Assembly (NCBI GenBank): GCA_023261595.1
Contig: JAHFOQ010000003.1
Location: 1 to 51,885, forward strand
DNA from: a bacterium
GTDB taxonomy: Bacteria; Patescibacteriota; Saccharimonadia; CAILAD01; BJGX01
Direction: 5' to 3'
DNA: 51,885 bases
Shown: in pieces, positions 20,189-29,067 of the stretch
Numbering within the stretch: the first letter of the stretch is position 1
Layout: each line of letters starts with the position of its first letter
Translations under genes and position numbers: made by a program
The notes under the pieces: generated by a model
The model's input: the letters and a program-made list of their open reading frames with translations, nothing else
Database searches by the model: none
What the model was told of the DNA's origin: nothing

Positions 20189-20848
20189 TTATTTTTTCTC
20201 CGCAGTACAAAGATGTCGATATACGTACATATGTGCCATTACTGTGACAGGTAGAGTAATAACTAGACCAAGAAAAAGCGTAAAGATTGTTGCTAAATTG
20301 ATTAACCCAAGAACAATTCCGAAGCCCAGCAGCCACCATTTATGTCCGTAGGTGATTTTACCACTTTCTTTTAATGCTTCGACGGGTTGAAGTTTTTTAT
20401 CTACTACCAGGTTAAGGGTAAATTGGTATTTTATCGCCCAATAGATGCCGGGAATAATAAGAAGTAATAATCCACCGACAATAATAAGGCCAACCAGAAT
20501 TGATGCACCTAAATATGTCCAAAAGACATTTTCTGAATTAAATAATTGTGCAAATTCGGCAGGCTTATCGTCGATCGTATTAAGCTGAATGCGAATTAAT
20601 CCGATACCCGTCAGTATCTGTAGCCAGTACTGCAAGATAAGTAACCCCAAACTTACTAAGGTTACAACTGCAATTGTAGTAGTATTATGTGAACCTTGAA
20701 TCAAAGAACTGGCTAAATTTCTCATAGATGATGGAATCCCTACCAGAATTCCAGCAACAACGAGTGAACCAAGTATTAAGCCAAATCTAGAAAAAGCTTT
20801 GTCCCAGCCAATTTTGAGAGCCGAACCAATTGTTAGTTGTGATTGCAT
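20189..20848 (-). CDS. Integral membrane protein (DUF975-like)
   Basis: GLLLLIIPGIY...EALKESGKIT.GHKW motif, multiple TMs. Confidence 0.7.
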   Translation of the reverse strand: MQSQLTIGSALKIGWDKAFSRFGLILGSLVVAGILVGIPSSMRNLASSLIQGSHNTTTIAVVTLVSLGLLILQYWLQILTGIGLIRIQLNTIDDKPAEFAQLFNSENVFWTYLGASILVGLIIVGGLLLLIIPGIYWAIKYQFTLNLVVDKKLQPVEALKESGKITYGHKWWLLGFGIVLGLINLATIFTLFLGLVITLPVTVMAHMYVYRHLCTAEKK

Positions 20849-20959
20849 AATGTCTCCTAATTATTTTTGTAATATTACTTTTGCTTAATAGCATAAGCCA
20901 ACCACAAAAAAATAACAAATTTTAATAAGAAAAAACGGCTTATACAAACCGTTTTTTCT

Positions 20960-21036
20960 TGGTGGGTGATGAGGGACTCGAACCCCCGACATCCTCGGTG
21001 TAAACGAGACGCTCTAGCCAACTGAGCTAATCACCC
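20960..21036 (-). tRNA. tRNA-Val(TAC)
   Basis: Cloverleaf GGGTGAT...TT TAC AC...TTCGAGT...CCA. Confidence 0.97.
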
Positions 21037-21038
21037 AT

Positions 21039-21115
21039 TGGTGCGGGTAGGGAGACTCTAACTCCCGGCCTCATCCTTGGCAAGGATGCGCTCTAAACAA
21101 CTGAGCTATACCCGC
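21039..21115 (-). tRNA. tRNA-Gly(GCC), non-canonical D/T loops
   Basis: GCGGGTA stem, CATCC-TTGCCAA-GGATG anticodon arm, T-loop TTAGAGT, A-CCA end. Confidence 0.93.
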
Positions 21116-21140
21116 TTATGTAACTTTTCTTGCAATGACG

Positions 21141-21216
21141 TGGTGGCGAGACTCGGAATCGAACCGAGGACACGAGGCTCTTCAGGCCACTGCTCTACCA
21201 ACTGAGCTATCTCGCC
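21141..21216 (-). tRNA. tRNA-Phe(GAA)
   Basis: GGCGAGA stem, CT GAA GA loop, TTCGATT, CCA. Confidence 0.96.
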
Positions 21217-21338
21217 TCGCTTCCGAGGAAAAGTTTTCAAGTAACGTTGAATATGATAGCAAATTTTACCACATTTTTCCACCCCTTTCTCTAAGGAAGA
21301 GAAACAGGTATAATATGCAAAGTTCCCCAAACCGAAAC

Positions 21339-21412
21339 GGCGCGTTGGCCGAGTAGTTAGGCAAAGGTCTGCAAAACCTTGTACACCGGTGCGAATCCGG
21401 TACGCGCCTCCA
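21339..21412 (+). tRNA. tRNA-Cys(GCA)
   Basis: GGCGCGT stem, CT GCA AA loop, T-loop TGCGAAT, T-CCA end. Confidence 0.93.
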
Positions 21413-21417
21413 TAAAC

Positions 21418-21505
21418 GGGCGGGTGGTGGAATTGGTATACACGACAGACTTAAAATCTGTTGCCTATATATGGCTTGCGGGTTCAAGTCCCGCCTCGCC
21501 CACCA
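21418..21505 (+). tRNA. tRNA-Leu(TAA)
   Basis: ACAGA-CTTAAAA-TCTGT arm, long variable arm, A-CCA. Confidence 0.96.
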
Positions 21506-21548
21506 TAAAAAGATCTCTTCTAGAGGTCTTTTTTGTTATACTACATAA

Positions 21549-22391
21549 ATGAGTGCAAAAATTATTGATGGACGCAAAATAGCCCAAGAAATCGCAAATG
21601 ACTTAATAGCAGAAGTAAGTAGCCTTTCAACCAGGGGGACTGTTCCAAAGCTTGTCATTATTGGTATTAATCCTGACAAACGTGCACAGGTATATATTCG
21701 AATGAAGCAACGAAGAGCTGAAGAGGTCGGTATAACAACAGAATTTATTGATATAGCAGATAAAACCCCAGTTGAACAACAGAAATTTGTTTCCAATTTA
21801 GGCGAAGACACAACCGTACACGGAATTATTCTGCAACTCCCGCTTATGGGTTGGTATGATGTTCAGGATCTACTAGATTGTATTCCGGCCAATAAAGACG
21901 TAGATGGTTTAACAAGTATTAATCAAGACTTGCTAGAAACAGGAAACCCAAAATTTATTCCTGCCACACCCCTTGGAGTAATCGAGATATTAAAACAATC
22001 TCATATTTCTATAAACGACAAGACAGTTTGTGTAATTGGTCGAAGTAATTTAGTAGGTAAACCTTTGGCTGTTTTGTTTAAGCAAGCAGGTGCTAAAGTT
22101 TTAGTCGGACATAGACAGGTGGAAAATCTCACCAACTTAACTCGCCAGGCAGATATTGTAGTTGCTGCAGCTGGGTCACCTGGTTTAATTACTTCTGAGA
22201 TGATACAAAATCATGCTGTAGTGATTGATGTAGGAATTAATGAAATAGACGGTAAACTTCAGGGTGATGTAGATTTTGAAAGTGTGAAAAACAAAGCAAG
22301 TATTATCTCACCCGTTCCTGGCGGAGTTGGGCCTATGACAGTTGTTATGTTACTCAGCAATGTTGTAAAAGCAGCAAAAAGCTCTACCTAA
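21549..22391 (+). CDS. folD: Bifunctional methylene-THF dehydrogenase/cyclohydrolase
   Basis: IIDGR, HGIILQLPL, KDVDG, PATPLG, GRSNLVGKP, SPVPGGVGPMT. Confidence 0.97.
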   Translation: MSAKIIDGRKIAQEIANDLIAEVSSLSTRGTVPKLVIIGINPDKRAQVYIRMKQRRAEEVGITTEFIDIADKTPVEQQKFVSNLGEDTTVHGIILQLPLMGWYDVQDLLDCIPANKDVDGLTSINQDLLETGNPKFIPATPLGVIEILKQSHISINDKTVCVIGRSNLVGKPLAVLFKQAGAKVLVGHRQVENLTNLTRQADIVVAAAGSPGLITSEMIQNHAVVIDVGINEIDGKLQGDVDFESVKNKASIISPVPGGVGPMTVVMLLSNVVKAAKSST

Positions 22392-22409
22392 AAAGTAGAG
22401 CTATAACTA

Positions 22410-22640
22410 TCACCGAGAAAAGTTTCTTCGTACTGCCACGTCCATTAATCCTTCCGTAGCAACTTCAACCTCAATTAGCATTTCCTTAAAGATATCCGGC
22501 CATATTAGCTCAAATATTTCTTCTGCCAAAGCTACAGGATCAACAGGTGCATATGAATTTTTTATAGTACGTATCATCTTGGGGCCAATTTCATCCCAAA
22601 CTCTTTCTTTAATATTTTGTTCGATTGAGATGGGCATCAT
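22410..22640 (-). CDS. Small hypothetical protein
   Basis: 76-aa ORF with GGAGG SD. Confidence 0.6.
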   Translation of the reverse strand: MMPISIEQNIKERVWDEIGPKMIRTIKNSYAPVDPVALAEEIFELIWPDIFKEMLIEVEVATEGLMDVAVRRNFSR

Positions 22641-22686
22641 TTGCCTCCGTCGTCTGTGGTTGCAGGTAGTTAACTATTGGATTTCA

Positions 22687-23106
22687 TTATGAGTTGTAAA
22701 TATTCAGAAATAACCGAGTTAACTCCTCGAATACTTCCTTAGAGAATCCAGTTCTCTCTATGCAACCATTTAATCTCTTCTCTGCTAAAGCCGAGTCAAG
22801 ACCGAACACATAACTACCATCAACAGGAACACGTAAGTACATTGCACCGTTAATGTGCCATTCTCTCAATGAATCACGTGCGGTTTGACTGTCACCATGC
22901 AATGGATGTTGCACTATGTAAAACCCACAAGTTGTATTGGAGCTGACACAAATGTCATTGACTCGTTTATAAACTGCGACACATGCTTCATCGTATCGTT
23001 TTCTTAGACTAAGGTCTGTATAACCCTTAAGTATAAGAAGAGAGAATATTGCATCAAAAATGTCATGCTGGAGAATTTCAACTTCTGCTCGATCGCTTGT
23101 TGTCAT
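22687..23106 (-). CDS. Hypothetical protein downstream of tRNA-Leu(GAG)
   Basis: Start taken as MTTSDR at 23106 after AGGA. Confidence 0.6.
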   Translation of the reverse strand: MTTSDRAEVEILQHDIFDAIFSLLILKGYTDLSLRKRYDEACVAVYKRVNDICVSSNTTCGFYIVQHPLHGDSQTARDSLREWHINGAMYLRVPVDGSYVFGLDSALAEKRLNGCIERTGFSKEVFEELTRLFLNIYNS

Positions 23107-23196
23107 CACTATCCTACTCTCTTTATAGATATAGGTACCAAGCGGTATTATATACCTATACACAATCACCCACAATCAAAATTGATTAGGGGTGAT

Positions 23197-23283
23197 TGGT
23201 GCGGACGAGAAGACTCGAACTTCCACAGCCTTTCGGCCACAAGCCCCTCAAGCTTGCGTGTCTACCAGTTCCACCACGTCCGC
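23197..23283 (-). tRNA. tRNA-Leu(GAG)
   Basis: CAAGC-TTGAGGG-GCTTG arm, long variable arm, TTCGAGT, A-CCA. Confidence 0.96.
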
Positions 23284-23367
23284 AAATTATTTATAAGTAC
23301 TTCAACCAATGCATAGCTTCGACAGAACAGGGATAATTGTACCAGATTTCAGATAAGTTTTCGAGTA

Positions 23368-25005
23368 TTAGTGGTTATACGACCCAGGCATATGATCGTC
23401 GAGGTGCTTCATTGAATATTCTTTGCGCATTTTTACCATTGCATCTTCGCGAGTCACATCAATTTTTACCCCAGGATTTAAAAAGTGTAGCGGATCAAAT
23501 AAGTCTTTTATTTCTTCGAAAATCTTGTAGATTTTTTCACCAAACATTTCTTTTAAGTATACTCCACGCATAATACCGTCATTATGTTCTCCACTATTGC
23601 TTCCGCCATATTTTTTTATAAGCGCATAAAACTTATCCGAAAGATCAAAGACTCTAGCTCTATCGCGTAAATTTTTTAGATCCATAAATGGCTGAATATG
23701 AAAATGCCCATTCCCCGCATGCCCCCAAACAGCTACATTTATTTTTTCTTTTTCAAACAGTTCGTATGCATCTTTTAAAAACTCAGTAAGTTTTTCTGAA
23801 GGAACAATACCATCTTCTATAATTGGAAGCGCTTTTTTCGGGCCATCTACCTTCCAAATAACTGCTGCAGCTCCACGTCGTATGCGCCATAAATCGTCTT
23901 GCTGGTGCTTATCAACTGCTACACGAGTACTAGCAGCGTAATGTTCTAATATTTTCATTGCTTGCTTGCCTTTTCGTTTGCGTGTACCCGGCTTAATATC
24001 GTCCAATTCGCATAATAAAACAATCTCCGGAATGTTCTCTTCTGAAACGAGACCCTTTAGGGATTCTGGTTTATTCTTTTTAAGAAATTCAAGTAGGTTT
24101 TTATCCACCACCTCTAGAGCACTCGGATCAAGTTTGAGTAAATGCTGAACCGCTTCAGAAGCTTTATGAATACTATCAAAATATCCTGCCATTAACATTA
24201 AGTCTGGATTATATGGAGCAGTACGAAACGTCGCTTCGGTAACAATACCAAGTGTACCTTGACTGCCCACGATCAACTGACTCAAATCAAAGCTACCATC
24301 CTTTCCTTTCACATCCCAAATATCATACCCTGCGGAGTTTTTACTTACTTTTGGACGTGTTGTAAGGATTTCTTCCCAATTATCAGAAATAATTTTATCA
24401 AGCTCACGATATAAATGACCCTCAAAATCGGGTTGTTGTTTTTTCTTTTTTAATTCTTTTTTACTTAATCGATAAGTACTTACAACATCACCGTTACTTA
24501 ACACAACTCGTAGTCCATTTACCCAATGTCGTGTTGTACCATATTTAACTGATTTTTCACCAGCGGCATTATTTGCAACTGCGCCACCAATACTCGAAAA
24601 ATCAATGCTAGCAGGGTAAGGGGGGAGATAGTGCAAATGACTATGCAAAACGGTCTGCAATGTAGCATAAGGCATACCGGGCTGTACAGTAACACTGTTT
24701 TTCTGAATATCAACCAAGGCCTTCATGTGGGCTGGAAACGCAAGGATTGCACCAGACCCAAGTGCTCCACCACTCTGATCCGTTCCCTTCCCTCGAGCTG
24801 TAAGTCCGACAACCTTCCCTTCTTGGGCTTGCCAGTTTAAAAACTTAACCGAATTCACTACATCCATTTCATCACGAGGGTAAATAACAAATTCTGGTTT
24901 TATAGTAAAAATACTTCCATCGGTCGAGAAATATTCTCGGGCTGTTTCTGATGCAGTTACTTCACCACTTATTTGGCTCGCAAGATCTTTTAGTAGGCCT
25001 TTCAT
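23368..25005 (-). CDS. FAD-linked oxidase (GlcD/D-2-hydroxyacid dehydrogenase-like)
   Basis: ARGKGTDQSG, IGGAVANNAAG, GSQGTLGIVTE, GHAGNGHFHI, SGEHNDG, LNPG; start taken as MKGLLK. Confidence 0.9.
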   Translation of the reverse strand: MKGLLKDLASQISGEVTASETAREYFSTDGSIFTIKPEFVIYPRDEMDVVNSVKFLNWQAQEGKVVGLTARGKGTDQSGGALGSGAILAFPAHMKALVDIQKNSVTVQPGMPYATLQTVLHSHLHYLPPYPASIDFSSIGGAVANNAAGEKSVKYGTTRHWVNGLRVVLSNGDVVSTYRLSKKELKKKKQQPDFEGHLYRELDKIISDNWEEILTTRPKVSKNSAGYDIWDVKGKDGSFDLSQLIVGSQGTLGIVTEATFRTAPYNPDLMLMAGYFDSIHKASEAVQHLLKLDPSALEVVDKNLLEFLKKNKPESLKGLVSEENIPEIVLLCELDDIKPGTRKRKGKQAMKILEHYAASTRVAVDKHQQDDLWRIRRGAAAVIWKVDGPKKALPIIEDGIVPSEKLTEFLKDAYELFEKEKINVAVWGHAGNGHFHIQPFMDLKNLRDRARVFDLSDKFYALIKKYGGSNSGEHNDGIMRGVYLKEMFGEKIYKIFEEIKDLFDPLHFLNPGVKIDVTREDAMVKMRKEYSMKHLDDHMPGSYNH

Positions 25006-25104
25006 ATGTAACAAGCATAACAATTTTACTGACTATTTCAAAGCGTTGTTTGATATTTTCTTTAAAAAGTATTACTATAAAACATAAGTAGTATCATTTC
25101 TATT

Positions 25105-25974
25105 ATGGCAAATAAAGCAAAAACACACACAAGTTCAAAAAGATTTGCAAAAGCAAAGCAAAATAAATTCTTAATCGCTGCACTTGTACTCGTATTCTTA
25201 GTTGCTGGTGTTTTCTTAATTTACAACAGCTTTGCTAGTGGAATTCCCGTGTTTCGTACCGATCCAGATTATTGGCGTCCTCGTATTGGTAAATGTGAAT
25301 CTGGTAACTTTTATCAAAACAAGAAAAACCCAACTCACTTTGGAGCATTTCAGTTCGATCTTGGAACATGGCGTGGAGCCGTTGGCGCAGAGCTTGCAGC
25401 CCAATATCCAAACCCTGCAGATGCTCCGCCAGCCATTCAAGATTTAGCTTTTAATAATACCTTTGCCCGTCGTGGTACACAGCCATGGAACGCTAGTTAT
25501 CATTGCTGGATTAAAGGTGCAACTGTACCGGGAGCAGTCGAAGATCAGATAAGTAGTTTTGTTGCTACACCTGCAATTACACCGGTTACACCACCGGCTC
25601 GTCCGTTTGGTATCACATCTGGAAGTTATAATGTTGTGGTAAATGGTCGAGTTACATTAAATGATCAACCCATACTAAATGTCGTTTTAGCAACCTGTAG
25701 TGGCGATCGTACCGTTACAACCGATGCCGATGGAAGATATAGTTTTGCAGCACCGGTTAATACGAACTTTTGTATCCGACCCGTAAGTGGTATTCCTGCT
25801 GGCGCACAACTAACACGAATTGCAAATAATGTAGAACACGCCACAGATAGTACTTTCGAAAATCAGATTGCTGGAGTAGATTGTTATAAGCAATTCTGGT
25901 GCTTCTTAAGTCCAAGTTATACCTGGGATAGAAGTAGAGATTCAGGATATAACTTCTTCTATACAAAACCCTAG
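25105..25974 (+). CDS. Secreted/anchored Rpf-like transglycosylase domain protein with C-terminal Ig-like domain
   Basis: TM/signal; W.PRIGKCESG...FGAFQFDLGTW...PADAPPAIQD...GTQPW; then VNGRV...TTDADGRYSF. Confidence 0.8.
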   Translation: MANKAKTHTSSKRFAKAKQNKFLIAALVLVFLVAGVFLIYNSFASGIPVFRTDPDYWRPRIGKCESGNFYQNKKNPTHFGAFQFDLGTWRGAVGAELAAQYPNPADAPPAIQDLAFNNTFARRGTQPWNASYHCWIKGATVPGAVEDQISSFVATPAITPVTPPARPFGITSGSYNVVVNGRVTLNDQPILNVVLATCSGDRTVTTDADGRYSFAAPVNTNFCIRPVSGIPAGAQLTRIANNVEHATDSTFENQIAGVDCYKQFWCFLSPSYTWDRSRDSGYNFFYTKP

Positions 25975-26001
25975 GTTCGCTGTAATAAATTAATCTCGTC
26001 A

Positions 26002-26091
26002 ATTTGCTCAATCGGACTAACCTTAGGTTTCAATTCCTCACCCAATTCCACAACAGAAAGTCCCATGCGGGACTTCTTGTTTTAGTGTGGA
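26002..26091. repeat. 90-bp direct repeat, copy A (tRNA-Leu 3'-derived)
   Basis: Ungapped match to 26903-26992, 82/90 identical by hand alignment. Confidence 0.95.
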
Positions 26092-26198
26092 ATTACAGAA
26101 TTTACTTAAACTTTTTGATGCGCTTGTGAATGGTCTATTGCTAGGCGCGCCTACCATTCGGTCAGTAACTTATATGAGAACGAGGTGATCTAATGATA

Positions 26199-26798
26199 TT
26201 ATTCACCGACATTCCCTGTTTTAATTGTTCCCGCACGCGCGTACCGGGCGACCATAACGCCTTTCTTACCAACGTGATTTTCAATGAGTTTAAATGTTCT
26301 TGGAGCTTCACAACCATTAAAAAGTTTTTTTCCTTTTCCGAGAATAATCGGATAAGTCATAAGACAGAGTTCATCTACAAGTTCATTTGCAAGGAGTAAT
26401 TGCACCAACTTACTACTACCCCACACGTGGAGGTCAGGACCATTTGATTTCTTCAACTTTGTGATATCTTTCACGTTTCGCAGAAAAGTGGTATTTTGCC
26501 AGGAAGTTTCTGTCTTCGTAGCAGATAAAACATACTTCATATTGTCATTTATAAATGGCCAAACCTCACCGTGCTTGGGCCAATAATGAGACCAGATCTC
26601 AAATGTATATCCTCCTAGTAAGTATTCAACATTAGCCTTGAGTGCTGGACCAGTTACCAATCCTGCCGCATCATCGTCCATAAATGGCGCTTGCCAACCT
26701 CCGAATTCGAATTTAGCTGTCGGGTCTTCCTCTTGACCGCCTGGTGCCTGCATGACACCATCAATCGTTACAAATTCTTGGACAATAATTTTTCGCAT
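26199..26798 (-). CDS. Dihydrofolate reductase family (RibD C-terminal-like) protein
   Basis: MRKIIVQEFVTIDGVMQAPG, WGSSKLVQ, LVDE...YPIILGKGKKLF; start after AAGGAG. Confidence 0.9.
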   Translation of the reverse strand: MRKIIVQEFVTIDGVMQAPGGQEEDPTAKFEFGGWQAPFMDDDAAGLVTGPALKANVEYLLGGYTFEIWSHYWPKHGEVWPFINDNMKYVLSATKTETSWQNTTFLRNVKDITKLKKSNGPDLHVWGSSKLVQLLLANELVDELCLMTYPIILGKGKKLFNGCEAPRTFKLIENHVGKKGVMVARYARAGTIKTGNVGE

Positions 26799-26829
26799 AC
26801 TACCACTCCTTTTATAAAACCATAATATC

Positions 26830-26854
26830 AAAAAAAGACCTTGCGGTCTCTTTT
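26830..26854 (-). terminator. GCAA-tetraloop terminator
   Basis: Minus strand GAGACC-GCAA-GGTCTT then T-tract. Confidence 0.75.
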
Positions 26855-26868
26855 AATGTGTTAATGGT

Positions 26869-26886
26869 TAGTACGGATGAGAGGAC
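26869..26886 (-). repeat. Duplicated 3' end of tRNA-Leu(CAG) (att-like)
   Basis: tagtacggatgagaggac vs tggtgcggatgagaggac (26984-27001), 16/18 identical. Confidence 0.85.
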
Positions 26887-26902
26887 AGCGCCAGATTTTC
26901 GC

Positions 26903-26992
26903 ATTTGCTCAATCAGACTAACCTTGGGTTTCAAGTCCTCACCCATTTCCAAAACAGAAAGTCCCTTGCGGGACTTCTTGTTTTGGTGCGGA
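26903..26992. repeat. 90-bp direct repeat, copy B, overlapping the tRNA 3' tip
   Basis: Matches copy A; contains the GTCCC-GCAA-GGGAC hairpin (minus strand). Confidence 0.95.
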
Positions 26993-27069
26993 TGAGAGGA
27001 CTTGAACCTCCACGGGATTGCTCCCACTAGAACCTGAATCTAGCGTGTATACCATTTCACCACATCCGC
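26984..27069 (-). tRNA. tRNA-Leu(CAG)
   Basis: CTAGA-TTCAGGT-TCTAG arm, long variable arm, TTCAAGT, A-CCA. Confidence 0.96.
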
Positions 27070-27102
27070 TCACTTTGTGATTATATCAAATGTATTCTCT
27101 TA

Positions 27103-28842
27103 CTATTTTGTTTTAGCTTTTGGTTGCAATGTTGTATTTAGATACCATTTTTGTACATCATAAAATCTATCGCTCGGTTCAGAAATCTTCTGTGCAGAAA
27201 ATCCATGTAGCGTATCGCTCTGTGCGTAATTATAAAACGGTGTATACAGTATAATCGCAGGTAAATCTTTACTCCAGGCCTGCAAAAAGGCAGCATAGCG
27301 TGTTTGTCGATAATCAGCATCTTTAGCAATTCTTCCGGCCTCGAGCTGCTTATCTACTTCAGGATTGCTATAATTACTTACATTAAGGCCCGGGTCAGTT
27401 ACTTGACTAGAATGCCAATAGCTATACACATCAGAATCGATACCTAAATCTTGACCATATAAAAGTACATCGTAATTACGCGGGCGAATAGCAGTTTGTT
27501 GGAGAGTGCCGAGGTCCATTTCATTAACTTCTACCTTAATACCTAATTTTTCCCATTGTGTTTTTAAGGCCTCCGCCACTTCGGCATAACTAGAATTCTT
27601 TAAGGTTGCGATGGTAATAGTAGTGTTATTTGTATTAGCTTGACCAATTTTCTGCATAAGATCTTTTGCAGCGGATAGATTATAGTCATAGCGTGGTGCA
27701 TTTGCATCAAAACCACTATAACCGGCTAGAATAGGATATGGAACTGCAATGGCTTGATTATGAAGTTGATTACTAACGAGTGATTTCTTATCAGTTGCAT
27801 ATGCAAGAGCTTGTCGCATTCGCGGATCAGATAATTCGGGAGATTTCATATTAAAGAATGCCCCTGCATACGCTGGCATATTTAGGTGATGAATCGTAAC
27901 ACTATCTATCTTACTTACTTTTTCAAACTGCTGAGTATTACCTATCGCGAACCCCATTATTTGCTGTTTAGCATATCCATCAACATAATCATTCGAAGAT
28001 GGATATTCAACAAAATTAAACTTAGTAATATTCGGCGCGCCAAAATAATATTTTTTGTTAGCTAACAATTCTATGGTTTGTAGATGAGGATCAAGCTGTG
28101 GCAAAATGTACGGTCCTGTTCCTACCGGTTTTTGATTAAACTCATGTGTTTTAAGGAGATTTGGTCTAACATTTTCGAGCAAATGTTTTGGTAATATTCC
28201 CAGGGTAGCATTACTAAGAAATGGCCCATAACTCGTTGGCAATGTAAAAACGATGGTTAATGGATCTATAACCTGATATCGAACATTACTCCAGTTTGCA
28301 GATTCTCCACTACGGGTGTCGGGATTTTGAACTCGAGCAATGGTAAATGCTACATCTTCTGCGGTAAATTTAGTACCATCATGCCACACAACATTTGGAC
28401 GTAGATGGAACGTATAGGTCTTTTTGTCAGAACTAATATCCCAACTTGAGGCAAGGTCGCCTTCTATCTGTCGATTACTATTTACACGCGTAAGGCCCGA
28501 AAAAACAAGACGACTAACGTCACTGCTGCCTGGATTGTCAGTAAACAATGGATTAACGGTAACAACCTTATTACTAATTGCTTCTGCATATGTTCCGCCA
28601 GAGAGTGGTGCTGCAACAAGATAATGTGAATTTGCTGAAGAAATTTGACCTACTATTCCCCAAATACTTACCGTAACAACAAGAATCATGCAGATTATCA
28701 TCCAACGAACTTCACCAAGTTTTTTCCATCCCCCCACAAGATGTCGGTTTAAATAATTACGAAACCAAACTTCCCATATATGAAAACTCCGCTTAAAGCG
28801 GCGTAAGCTCCGATTAGTTTTAAATTTTAGATAAGAGCCCAT
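27103..28842 (-). CDS. ABC transporter substrate-binding protein, family 5 (peptide/nickel)
   Basis: DLASSWDIS.D.KTYTFHLR..V.WHDG..FTAEDV.FT, PVGTGPY. Confidence 0.92.
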   Translation of the reverse strand: MGSYLKFKTNRSLRRFKRSFHIWEVWFRNYLNRHLVGGWKKLGEVRWMIICMILVVTVSIWGIVGQISSANSHYLVAAPLSGGTYAEAISNKVVTVNPLFTDNPGSSDVSRLVFSGLTRVNSNRQIEGDLASSWDISSDKKTYTFHLRPNVVWHDGTKFTAEDVAFTIARVQNPDTRSGESANWSNVRYQVIDPLTIVFTLPTSYGPFLSNATLGILPKHLLENVRPNLLKTHEFNQKPVGTGPYILPQLDPHLQTIELLANKKYYFGAPNITKFNFVEYPSSNDYVDGYAKQQIMGFAIGNTQQFEKVSKIDSVTIHHLNMPAYAGAFFNMKSPELSDPRMRQALAYATDKKSLVSNQLHNQAIAVPYPILAGYSGFDANAPRYDYNLSAAKDLMQKIGQANTNNTTITIATLKNSSYAEVAEALKTQWEKLGIKVEVNEMDLGTLQQTAIRPRNYDVLLYGQDLGIDSDVYSYWHSSQVTDPGLNVSNYSNPEVDKQLEAGRIAKDADYRQTRYAAFLQAWSKDLPAIILYTPFYNYAQSDTLHGFSAQKISEPSDRFYDVQKWYLNTTLQPKAKTK

Positions 28843-28848
28843 TGGTTT

Positions 28849-29067
28849 TTAGCGGACAACAAGTAGACCAACTAGACTTGCAACAAAACCAGTCGCTAGC
28901 GCTACTGTAAGATAAAATAATACGCGTTCAGCTCCGCGTTTTGTTCGGTAAAACCCACTGTCTCCGCCAAAAGCACTGCCCAAACCAGAACCTTGGTTTT
29001 GCAAAAGAATAACAATAATTAGCAGTGTGCTAGTTATGATTGTGGTTATGATTAATGCTGATCTCAT
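28849..29067 (-). CDS. secG: Preprotein translocase subunit SecG
   Basis: ILLQNQGSGLGSAFGG...RTKRGAE, two TMs. Confidence 0.93.
   Translation of the reverse strand: MRSALIITTIITSTLLIIVILLQNQGSGLGSAFGGDSGFYRTKRGAERVLFYLTVALATGFVASLVGLLVVR

Noticed and set aside
21106-21487. ORFs over the tRNA cluster (also 23065-23316 and 26812-27027)
   Set aside because: They overlap clear tRNA cloverleaves.
26002-26992. CRISPR array or DGR template/variable repeat
   Set aside because: Only two non-coding 90-bp copies 901 bp apart. Mismatches are not adenine-specific, and there is no cas or reverse transcriptase gene.
27076-27090. Crp-like box TGTGA-TTATA-TCAAA
   Set aside because: The spacer is 5 nt, and the sequence is explained by the tRNA-Leu(CAG) extended -10 on the minus strand.
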